Shown here: piece after piece, positions 1 to 7,185 of the stretch
Layout of the letters: each line of letters begins with the position of its first letter
Numbering within the stretch: position 1 is the first letter of the stretch
NCBI GenBank assembly: GCA_964391495.1
Contig: CAYMMN010000045.1
Span: 1-14,548 of the forward strand
Length of the DNA stretch: 14,548 bases
Direction of reading: 5' to 3'
DNA from: an uncultured Flavobacteriales bacterium
GTDB taxonomy: Bacteria > Bacteroidota > Bacteroidia > AKYH767-A > 2013-40CM-41-45
Translations under genes and position numbers: made by a program
Notes under the pieces: model-generated
Database searches by the model: none
What the model was told of the DNA's origin: nothing
The model's input: the letters and a program-made list of their open reading frames with translations, nothing else

Positions 1-1
1 T

Positions 2-124
2 GGCGCTGTACCGAACGAAAAAATTACCTGGGGAAAACTGGGCATCGATACTCCGAAATTTATTGTTGAAAGTGATGCTTCCATTGTCGCGCCACTGATG
101 TTCGCGTGGATCCTCGGACAATAA
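2..124 (+). CDS. 3' end (C-terminal 40 aa) of an upstream gene truncated by the window edge; hydrophobic C-terminus (…SIVAPLMFAWILGQ*), product unknown
   Basis: Frame 2 is open from the window edge to TAA at 122-124. It is followed 40 nt downstream by a strong hairpin plus T-tract terminator. It is too short for the ORF track. The translation is GAVPNEKITWGKLGIDTPKFIVESDASIVAPLMFAWILGQ. Confidence 0.35.
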   Translation, partial: GAVPNEKITWGKLGIDTPKFIVESDASIVAPLMFAWILGQ

Positions 125-162
125 ATTTCTTATCGAATAATTAATTTCTGAATCAGATATTG

Positions 163-197
163 GCCGGATGTTTCATACACATCCGGCTTTTTTTTGA
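163..197 (+). terminator. Rho-independent terminator (9-bp GC-rich stem GCCGGATGT/ACATCCGGC, 7-nt loop, T8 tract)
   Basis: Seen directly: the stem is 164-172 paired with 180-188, and the T-run is 189-196. It lies between the upstream partial + gene and the stop of the - strand hydrolase gene. Confidence 0.65.
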
Positions 198-204
198 TGC
201 GTTT

Positions 205-1110
205 TTAATTCAGCATTGCATCGTTTATGATATTGATAGCTTCTTTACTTGTTTCAATACCATGTCCGGTGTTTTTTAAAACCCGAACGTCTCCAAGATT
301 TCTGAAACATTTTCGTGCTATGGCTTCTGACTTTTGACAGGGGAACAAAAGATCTTTTTCTCCGAGAAGAAGATACACCTTCGATTTCAGTGCTGATAAT
401 TCTTTCGCAGGAATCGCATACGGTTTTTGTGCTTTATCAACGTATTCGGTTATCGCAAAATGTTCGAAGTCAATCAACGCTTCCAGTGCTGCAGGGGATG
501 GCATGTGATGACCGGGAAAGAATACTCCGTTTTCAAGGAAGGTTCGGATGTTTTTCTTTGTTGGTGATATGAGTGGAAGAAAATTGTAATACATGTTTTT
601 CCAGGAGAAAGAAAAAGTCTGCAAGCAGCCCGGATTCAGCAGAAACATTTTTTCAATGCGTTCGGGTGCGACAAGACCTATTTTGACACATACCAAACCA
701 CCGAAAGAAGCGCCTGCAATCGAACATTTCTCTATTTTTAATTTGTCCAGAACTTCTATTCCCCATACTCCATAATCATTTGAGCGGATATCCGGAGTTT
801 TTCCTTCGCTCAAGACAGGCTGTCCGTTCGTTTCAACAAGGAAGATTCTGAAATTACTTTTGAGTTGTTTCAACGCATTGTCGGTATCCCAGAATAAACT
901 TGACGTCCGGAAGCCAGGAAATATGACGAGTGTTTTTAAATCGGTTCGTTCCGCATTAAATTGCCATATCTTTGTTTTTCCCAAAAAGGTCTCAATTTCA
1001 ACTGACTGATATACAGTTTCATTCAGTTTTTCAAGACGAGAAATCCAGGATTTGAAGAATTCATCTCGTTTCATTTCGTTCTTAAAATAACTGGTCGAAT
1101 GTATTTTCAT
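205..1110 (-). CDS. alpha/beta-hydrolase fold protein (esterase/lipase/peptidase-type serine hydrolase)
   Basis: The ORF is 301 aa. It has a G-x-S-x-G nucleophile elbow (IAGASFGGL) and a C-terminal candidate catalytic His (NTGHGIE). Hydrophobic beta-strand and helix alternation is typical of the fold. There is no signal peptide. Confidence 0.8.
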   Translation of the reverse strand: MKIHSTSYFKNEMKRDEFFKSWISRLEKLNETVYQSVEIETFLGKTKIWQFNAERTDLKTLVIFPGFRTSSLFWDTDNALKQLKSNFRIFLVETNGQPVLSEGKTPDIRSNDYGVWGIEVLDKLKIEKCSIAGASFGGLVCVKIGLVAPERIEKMFLLNPGCLQTFSFSWKNMYYNFLPLISPTKKNIRTFLENGVFFPGHHMPSPAALEALIDFEHFAITEYVDKAQKPYAIPAKELSALKSKVYLLLGEKDLLFPCQKSEAIARKCFRNLGDVRVLKNTGHGIETSKEAINIINDAMLN

Positions 1111-1191
1111 AGCTTTACTAGATTACCGGGATTTTCAGTTTGCAATTTGATTAGAAATTTGATTTCATTTTAACGGGTTTAAAAATTTAAC
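1111..1191. promoter_or_regulatory. divergent promoter region between the hydrolase (-) and membrane-protein (+) genes; contains a direct repeat AATTTGATT x2 (1144-1152, 1156-1164)
   Basis: This is an 81-bp AT-rich intergenic region between divergent starts. The repeated TTTG-containing 9-mers are seen directly. Their function is inferred. Confidence 0.3.
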
Positions 1192-3156
1192 ATGTCTGAA
1201 TGGATTACAAAACTCAAAGCTGCTCAACCGGAAACACTGCCGGATATTATAAATTGTTTTTCAATTCTGTTAGATGAAATTCGACCCTCTTCATTATCTG
1301 CATACCAACAAGCTGAATTGAAAATAAGTCAGCTGATCCAATCGCTTCAAGAGGACGAGGACTTCAGAAACAAGATCAGCAATTGGTTAAGCGATCTGAT
1401 TGAACAAAGTGATTTTACAGGTTTGTTTGTCACAGAAGGAATTTCTGCTGATGATACTTTCTTTGGTGAGTTATCAAGAAAAATAAAGCACAAGATTCTT
1501 CCTCCTGTTGAGGATGAAAATTCCATGCAGCATATTCTTGGAACTGTATTTCGAAAAAAGGATGATTTCCGTTGGGTGGATTCTGTTCAGGATGAATTAT
1601 GGATAAAACTTTTTTCTTTGTTACATGTGCAACGAAATCCTGTTTATAGTAAGCTGCAACCCCAGGTGCTCAATGCTATTTTGTATTTGAGTTACAGGAT
1701 TGGATATCTCGGTACAGATCGTGCCATTCACAGAATGGTTTCCGGTGAAGAAGCATTATTGACTCCATTCCTGGAACAAAACAGAGAGTTAGTCGATTAT
1801 GTCGCACGCTTCCGTGAAAATCAACATCTTGAAATTGATTTCAGACATGTAAAGGTTTTGCTTAACCAATGCGTCGAGGCGATAAAAGTGCTGACTACAG
1901 AAAGCCAGACTAAAGGAACCAGTCTTCGGCAAAATTTTGTTATTCGTCAGCTTGAATCACAGGTGCAAAGGCTTTTAGTATTGCTTGATTTTATTGATAA
2001 CGATCATAAAATTGAATTACCTCGTTTGCTCCGCTTTTTGCGTAACAGTGTTCGAATGAGAAATACCAGGAACAGTATAAGAAGATTTGTGTATGATAAC
2101 ATATCACTTCTATCGTTTCAAATTGTAGATCACAAAAGCAGAACCGGTGAGCATTACATTACCTCCACACGCTCAGAGTATTTTGATTTTTTTTACAGCT
2201 CATTAAAAGGAGGATCCATTGTTGGCGCGATGGTTTTGTTTAAAATTCTCCTGCACAAATTGCATTTGCCATTATTCTGGGAGGCTTTTTCTTATAGCAT
2301 CCTGTATGCTGCCGGATTTGTGGTGATACAGGTAACCGGCGCTACTCTTGCCACTAAACAGCCTGCCATGACAGCGTCAACAATAGCTGCTTCCATGGAT
2401 CAGGAAGACAGTACTCATTCATCGCTTGCAGAAATGATCAGCAGAGTGTGGAGGAGTCAGTTCATTTCTTTCGTCGGCAATCTGCTTGCTTCATTTCCGA
2501 TGGCAATGCTTTTTGCAGCAGCATATCAAATCATCTTTGGTGTTCCGGTTACTGATGTTGAAGGTTCAAGGGAATTATTGTCAGGTGTTAATCCGGTTGA
2601 ATCCTTATGTCTTTGGTATGCGTGTATCACCGGATTTTTTCTTTTTATCTCAGGAGTTTTTAGCGGATGGGTCGACAATAAAATGGTGTTCAGCGGAATT
2701 CCTTTACGGATATTGAATCATCCTTTGTTGAAGAAGAGAGCAGGCTCGAAACGGTTTCAAAAATTTGTGCAATACATAGAACACAACGGAGGCACTCTGG
2801 CAGGGAATATTGTTCTTGGCTTTTTACTTGGAACAGCAGGCTTTATCGGAAAGATCACCGCGTTGCCTTACGATATTCGTCACATCACTTTTTCCGCGGG
2901 GAATGTTGCTGTCGGATTCTTTAACCAGAATTTTGAAGTCTCTTCCGGCTACTTGATTCAATGTCTGATTGGAGTGATAGGCATCGGCTTTTTCAATTTT
3001 ATCATCAGTTTTTCTTTGGCACTGACTATTGCCATTCGATCAAGGAGAATTGATATGAGTAAATATTTTTCACTCCGAAAAGTTGTCTGGACTTATTTTC
3101 GAAAGAAACCTTTTTCATTTTTCTGGCCGGAGGGAGAAGAAAAGCAGCAAACCTGA
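1192..3156 (+). CDS. large polytopic inner-membrane protein: about 340-aa helical cytoplasmic N-domain plus about 300-aa C-terminal region with multiple TM helices; possibly the Gcr-like 'site-specific recombinase' PF10136 family (uncertain)
   Basis: The ORF is 654 aa and uninterrupted. The C-terminal half has at least six hydrophobic segments (e.g. IVGAMVLFKILLH, ILYAAGFVVIQVTGATLA, LCLWYACITGFFLFISGVFSGW, IVLGFLLGTAGFIGKI, LIQCLIGVIGIGFFNFIISFSLALTIAI). The family assignment rests on recalled architecture only. Confidence 0.8.
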   Translation: MSEWITKLKAAQPETLPDIINCFSILLDEIRPSSLSAYQQAELKISQLIQSLQEDEDFRNKISNWLSDLIEQSDFTGLFVTEGISADDTFFGELSRKIKHKILPPVEDENSMQHILGTVFRKKDDFRWVDSVQDELWIKLFSLLHVQRNPVYSKLQPQVLNAILYLSYRIGYLGTDRAIHRMVSGEEALLTPFLEQNRELVDYVARFRENQHLEIDFRHVKVLLNQCVEAIKVLTTESQTKGTSLRQNFVIRQLESQVQRLLVLLDFIDNDHKIELPRLLRFLRNSVRMRNTRNSIRRFVYDNISLLSFQIVDHKSRTGEHYITSTRSEYFDFFYSSLKGGSIVGAMVLFKILLHKLHLPLFWEAFSYSILYAAGFVVIQVTGATLATKQPAMTASTIAASMDQEDSTHSSLAEMISRVWRSQFISFVGNLLASFPMAMLFAAAYQIIFGVPVTDVEGSRELLSGVNPVESLCLWYACITGFFLFISGVFSGWVDNKMVFSGIPLRILNHPLLKKRAGSKRFQKFVQYIEHNGGTLAGNIVLGFLLGTAGFIGKITALPYDIRHITFSAGNVAVGFFNQNFEVSSGYLIQCLIGVIGIGFFNFIISFSLALTIAIRSRRIDMSKYFSLRKVVWTYFRKKPFSFFWPEGEEKQQT

Positions 3157-3240
3157 GTTATAAGTTATGAGTTATGAATTATGAGTTGTGAATTATGAGA
3201 TTTAACTCGCAACTCATAATTCATAACTCATAACTTTGGT
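3157..3240. repeat. array of tandem heptamers (AGTTATG / AATTATG / AGTTGTG, about 6 copies) followed by its inverted copy; forms a perfect 27-bp stem (3163-3189 / 3211-3237) with a 21-nt loop; no following T-tract
   Basis: Seen directly. The left arm is AGTTATGAGTTATGAATTATGAGTTG. The right arm is CAACTCATAATTCATAACTCATAACT, its exact reverse complement. It starts 7 nt after the TGA of the 1192..3156 gene, in the gap between convergent genes. Confidence 0.75.
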
Positions 3241-3505
3241 CCCCCGTCCCTTTTATAAAAACAAAAGACCCCAAGCATTTCGCTCAGGGCCTCTGATCAA
3301 CAAATAAACCTAACACAACCTGGTGATAGCGGATGGATTTATTTAGTAAAAGTACTTTCGGAAATAAATTCCTTGTCATGTCTTTGTCAGAGAGTAAAAA
3401 TGGGGTAATGAAAAGTTGCCGCTTCAGTAAAGTATTGTCTGCGGAATGTAATTTTTAATTTTTCGGTTTAGTTTTCTTCATAAATACATTCGAGTTTATG
3501 AAATA

Positions 3506-4723
3506 TTATTCCACATTTATTTTGTAGCAATACAAACTACCATCGGTACTGCTGAGAAAAATTAAATCATCGGAAATGGAAGGTGTGGAATAGAAGCCAC
3601 CAACTTTATATTCCGCTTCAATCAGATCTTCATTCGAGTGGAGGATGGAATAAATGTCATCACGAAATGTATCATCAGTTTTAAAATAATCGAGATGGTG
3701 TAAGTCGTAGGATGTTGAAGTGTATCGGGTGTAAAGCTCACCGGATTTTCTGTTGAATGAAAAACATGTTCCCATAAGTGTGGAAACATAACCTGTATCG
3801 TGACGAAAGGTACAAGCTCCGAAGACATTAAATTTTACATTCGTTTTCCAGATTTCACGACCTGTGAGGCTGTTCAGACAGAGAAGCAGATAATCGTCTG
3901 ATGTGCCAACATAAATGAGGGAGTCATTTTCAGGAGAAGGTGTAATCACCGGTGCCCAGCCTCTTGTAAAGACTTTGTTCCAGTGTGAAAAGCCTTTTTC
4001 CGCGTCTAGTGCATAGAGATTGTAATCTCTACCGCTTACGAAAACCAAACCATTGGCGATCACCGGAGAAAACTGCATTTCGCCTTTTGGGAAATAACGA
4101 TGCCCGACACTTTTAAATTTCCAGGCAAGTGTTCCGACTTTTTCATTCAAGGCATAAGTGTAACCATCAAAAGAGTTGATATAGATTTTATTGTTGTATG
4201 CTGCAGGCGAGGAGTGAACAACATCTCCTGTTTTGAAATTCCAGTTTTCTTTTCCTGTTATTTTATTTAATGAATAAACAAATCCATCGCCGGAACCAAA
4301 AATGATTGATTCATCTGTGAGCAGTGGGTTGCTCTGGTAATAATCAAACGGATCATAATTTTTATTTTTTGTCTGAAAAGCCCAGATGGTATTGCCGCTA
4401 TTTTTATTCAATGCATAACATGTTCCGTCTCCGCTGAAGAAATAAACTTTTTCGCCGGATATCCTTGCAGTTGATCGGATGGCCCCTGCCGTTTTCAATC
4501 TCCATTTTACGCGTCCATCACTTTTGTTGAGGCAATAAAAAATACTGTCCATGCCTCCAATGAAGATGGAATTGCTTTCTACAACAGGACTGGCAAAGAA
4601 AGGTGCATGAGTGTTGAACTTCCAGATCGCTTTTTGATTATTTGACTTTTGTGCATGTGCCGATGGCAGGTTTAGCAGCAAGCTGCAGAATAATACGCAC
4701 AGCAAAGGTGGTAGCTTTTTCAT
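3506..4723 (-). CDS. secreted PQQ-like beta-propeller repeat protein (BamB/PQQ-repeat superfamily)
   Basis: The ORF is 405 aa. It has an N-terminal signal peptide (MKKLPPLLCVLFCSLLLNLPSAHA). PQQ-type blade motifs recur, each ending Y-x-L-[ND]-x-x-x-G-x-x-x-W: YCLNKSDGRVKW, YALNKNSGNTIW, YSLNKITGKENW, YALNEKVGTLAW, YALDAEKGFSHW, LCLNSLTGREIW. Confidence 0.85.
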   Translation of the reverse strand: MKKLPPLLCVLFCSLLLNLPSAHAQKSNNQKAIWKFNTHAPFFASPVVESNSIFIGGMDSIFYCLNKSDGRVKWRLKTAGAIRSTARISGEKVYFFSGDGTCYALNKNSGNTIWAFQTKNKNYDPFDYYQSNPLLTDESIIFGSGDGFVYSLNKITGKENWNFKTGDVVHSSPAAYNNKIYINSFDGYTYALNEKVGTLAWKFKSVGHRYFPKGEMQFSPVIANGLVFVSGRDYNLYALDAEKGFSHWNKVFTRGWAPVITPSPENDSLIYVGTSDDYLLLCLNSLTGREIWKTNVKFNVFGACTFRHDTGYVSTLMGTCFSFNRKSGELYTRYTSTSYDLHHLDYFKTDDTFRDDIYSILHSNEDLIEAEYKVGGFYSTPSISDDLIFLSSTDGSLYCYKINVE

Positions 4724-5190
4724 GTGAACGAATTTATTTTAAAGTATGGTCATTTTCTATTTTTAGAATTCATTTAAGTTTTCATTAACGTGACGCTTAT
4801 TTTACTTCCATCAATGTTCATTTTGCTGTTTGTTTTTAGATTGAAAAAGCGCTTGTAAGTATCTAATATACAACAAGATGGATAAATGAAAAATTTATTT
4901 ATATACATTTGTACTCCTAATTCAGTTTTATGAAACCTGATCTCCTTATTTTGTTTCTATCACTTTTCCGGAGAATTACTTTTACGATTTACAACACTTC
5001 CCCGCCACGACCTTAGTGATTTTTATTTTGTGATCAGTGCAGATTCAATATTTCCTTTGATCTGTTTCACGAAATCATTCAGCAGCCATTGCGTCATCCG
5101 GATTGAAAAGGTTCAACACTGATGCTTCATGCGATGCATGCTATTCTTCTATAGTAATCATTCTTAAATTCATTCTAATACATACTACAT

Positions 5191-7107
5191 ATGAGCGCAT
5201 CAACTTTACATTATATATTAATCATCGGGATACCCTTGTTGTGTATCCTGTTTTACAAATTTATTCTGCGTGTGTTTTTCGGATTGGTAATTGTACCGGA
5301 AGACAAAATCGGTTTGGTTACTAAGAAATTTGTTCTTTTTGGTAAGCAGAGTTTGCCGGAAGGACGCATCCTTGCTACTGAAGGTGAAGCAGGTTTTCAG
5401 GCACAGACACTTCCTCCCGGAGTTTATTTCTGGAAATGGATCTGGCAATATGAAATAACATTTCAGGGATTCACGATAATTCCTACCGGTAAGATTGGAC
5501 TCATTCTCGCGAAAGATGGAGCTGAACTGGAGATCGGAAGAATCCTCGGAAGAAAAGTTGATTGTGATTCATTTCAGGACGCGGTTGCATTTCTGAAAAA
5601 TGGCGGACGAAAAGGAAGACAAACTGCTATCATCGCTCCGGGATCTTACCGGATCAACACATTTCTCTTCGAAATTGAAATTGTTGACATGACCAATATT
5701 CCGGAGAATGCGGTTGGTATTGTGACAACTCTTGAAGGTAAGCCATTGGAGGAAGGACAAATCGCCGGTCGCGTGATTGAAAATCACAACAAGTTCCAGG
5801 ATATCGATCTGTTCCTGAATTCGGAGGGATACAAAGGATTGCAGGAGCAAGTGATTCTTGCAGGTTCATACTTTTTGAATCCATGGTTCGCGAAAGTTGA
5901 AATGGTGAAGATGACTGAAATTCCCATCGGACATGTTGGTGTTGTCATTTCCTTCGTCGGTGATGAAGGTGTTGATGTGAGTGGTGTGGAATTCAAACAC
6001 GGAAATATTGTAAGCAAAGGTCAGAAGGGAGTCTGGGCCGAACCACTTGGTCCCGGAAAATATCCAATCAACCCATACATTCTGAAAGTAGAATTGGTGC
6101 CGACTACCAACCTTGTATTGAACTGGGCGAGTGCTAGAAGTGAATCGCATCAGCTGGATAAAAATCTTTCCACCATTACTGTACGAAGTAAGGATGGTTT
6201 TACATTCAATCTGGATGTCGCGCAAATCATTCACATTCCAACCACGGAAGCTCCAAAGGTTATCGCCCGTTTTGGTAATATGAGTAACCTCGTGACACAG
6301 GTACTCGAGCCAACCATCGGTAACTATTTCCGGAACTCAGCACAGGGAGCGGATGTGATTGACTTCCTCAAGAGTCGCAAAGAAAGACAGGAGTCAGCGC
6401 GTGAACATATTGGTAAAGTGTTGTTGCAGTACAATGTCTTTGGTGTGGATACACTCATTGGAGACATTGTTCCCCCGGACACGCTGATGAAGACGCTTAC
6501 AGATCGGAAACTTGCGGAAGAACAAAAGGTGACCTATGAAACACAAATGAAAGCACAGGAAACCCGTCAGGTTCTCGAGAAGGAAACAGCCATCGCTGAA
6601 ATGCAAAAAGAAATTGTAAAAGCCGACCAGGGAGTAGTCATTGCTGAACGCATCGCGGATGCTTCTGTAAAGAAAGCAACAGGTGACGCGAACAGTGTGC
6701 GGATTCAGGCGAACGCGGATTCTGATCGTCTTAAAATGCTGGCTACCGGAGAAGCGGAAAAGATACGTTTGCTCGCGAAAGCGGATTCAGAAAAAATCGA
6801 ATGGCTTGCAAAAGCGGAAGCGGAAAAAATTACACTCACCGGTAACGCGGAAGCGGAGAAGATTCTTGCCATTGGTAAATCATCCGCTGAATCGTATAAA
6901 CTGGCTGTGGAAGCGATGGGTGGCGATAATTTTACGCAGCTGAAAGTGATGGAATCCATCGGATCACAGCAGGTAAAAATCATGCCTGAGATTTTGATCA
7001 ACGGAGGAGACAGCGCCAACGGACCGATCAGTGGATTGCTCGGATTGCAATTGCTGGAAGGACTGAGAAAGAAGGCTGATAAATCAGGTTCTGCTCAGGA
7101 GAATTGA
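5191..7107 (+). CDS. flotillin-like SPFH/band-7 domain membrane protein (YqiK/FloT-type) with C-terminal Glu-Ala repeat 'flotillin' region
   Basis: The ORF is 638 aa. It has an N-terminal TM helix (ILIIGIPLLCILFYKFILRVFFGLVIV), a long SPFH-like region, and then a charged coiled-coil with EA repeats (GEAEKIRLL / AKADSEKIEWL / AKAEAEKITLT / GNAEAEKILAI). Confidence 0.85.
   Translation: MSASTLHYILIIGIPLLCILFYKFILRVFFGLVIVPEDKIGLVTKKFVLFGKQSLPEGRILATEGEAGFQAQTLPPGVYFWKWIWQYEITFQGFTIIPTGKIGLILAKDGAELEIGRILGRKVDCDSFQDAVAFLKNGGRKGRQTAIIAPGSYRINTFLFEIEIVDMTNIPENAVGIVTTLEGKPLEEGQIAGRVIENHNKFQDIDLFLNSEGYKGLQEQVILAGSYFLNPWFAKVEMVKMTEIPIGHVGVVISFVGDEGVDVSGVEFKHGNIVSKGQKGVWAEPLGPGKYPINPYILKVELVPTTNLVLNWASARSESHQLDKNLSTITVRSKDGFTFNLDVAQIIHIPTTEAPKVIARFGNMSNLVTQVLEPTIGNYFRNSAQGADVIDFLKSRKERQESAREHIGKVLLQYNVFGVDTLIGDIVPPDTLMKTLTDRKLAEEQKVTYETQMKAQETRQVLEKETAIAEMQKEIVKADQGVVIAERIADASVKKATGDANSVRIQANADSDRLKMLATGEAEKIRLLAKADSEKIEWLAKAEAEKITLTGNAEAEKILAIGKSSAESYKLAVEAMGGDNFTQLKVMESIGSQQVKIMPEILINGGDSANGPISGLLGLQLLEGLRKKADKSGSAQEN
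6742..6873 (+). repeat. 4 x 33-nt (11-aa) in-frame tandem repeats encoding the flotillin EA-repeat motif A-x-A-[ED]-[AS]-E-K-I-x-L-x
   Basis: Seen directly in the DNA and the translation. The antisense ORF 6705..7019 (SASAFAS…) is just the complement of this repeat. Confidence 0.7.
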
Positions 7108-7120
7108 GGAATAGATTTAT

Positions 7121-7166
7121 AAAAAAAACTTCAGGCTGAGAAATCAACCTGAAGTTTTTTGTTTTC
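7121..7166. terminator. bidirectional Rho-independent terminator between convergent genes (A8 - stem ACTTCAGG/CCTGAAGT - T6GT4)
   Basis: Seen directly: the stem is 7128-7135 paired with 7148-7155, with a 12-nt loop. An A-run lies 5' and a T-run 3', so it can terminate both the flotillin gene (+) and the 7186..9384 gene (-). Confidence 0.65.
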
Positions 7167-7185
7167 ATACTTCACTTTACACCTA

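Noticed and set aside
315-775. + strand ORFs 315..572 (85 aa) and 593..775 (60 aa) antisense to the alpha/beta-hydrolase gene
   Set aside because: They are fully embedded opposite a well-supported CDS, have low-complexity or odd composition, and match no recognisable motifs. They are antisense artefacts.
2486-2716. 76-aa + ORF nested out of frame inside the 1192..3156 CDS
   Set aside because: It is an alternative frame of a long intact CDS with no independent support.
3419-3460. Possible weak hairpin (CCGC…GCGG) plus T-run AATTTTTAATTTTT downstream of the PQQ-propeller gene
   Set aside because: The stem is only about 4 bp with mismatches, and the T-run is on the wrong strand for the - strand gene. 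It is not a convincing terminator.
3622-3828. 68-aa - strand ORF overlapping the PQQ-propeller gene in another frame
   Set aside because: It lies inside a confident CDS on the same strand in a different frame, so it is spurious.
4930-5016. 28-aa hydrophobic small ORF (MKPDLLILFLSLFRRITFTIYNTSPPRP) in the 467-bp gap
   Set aside because: It is too short and has no start context or conservation evidence. AT-rich DNA readily yields such ORFs. The gap itself is kept as a finding.
5103-6234. ORFs overlapping the 5' part of the flotillin gene: + strand 5103..5324, and antisense 5218..5448, 5569..5850, 5654..5884, 5784..6017 and 5866..6234
   Set aside because: The flotillin frame is continuous and domain-consistent. 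These ORFs are short and low-complexity, so they are artefacts.
6394-7019. Antisense ORF 6394..6606 and overlapping ORFs 6683..6943 (+, Arg/Lys-rich) and 6705..7019 (-, SASAFAS repeats)
   Set aside because: They are products of the EA-repeat DNA read in the wrong frame or strand. The 33-nt periodicity explains their repetitiveness.
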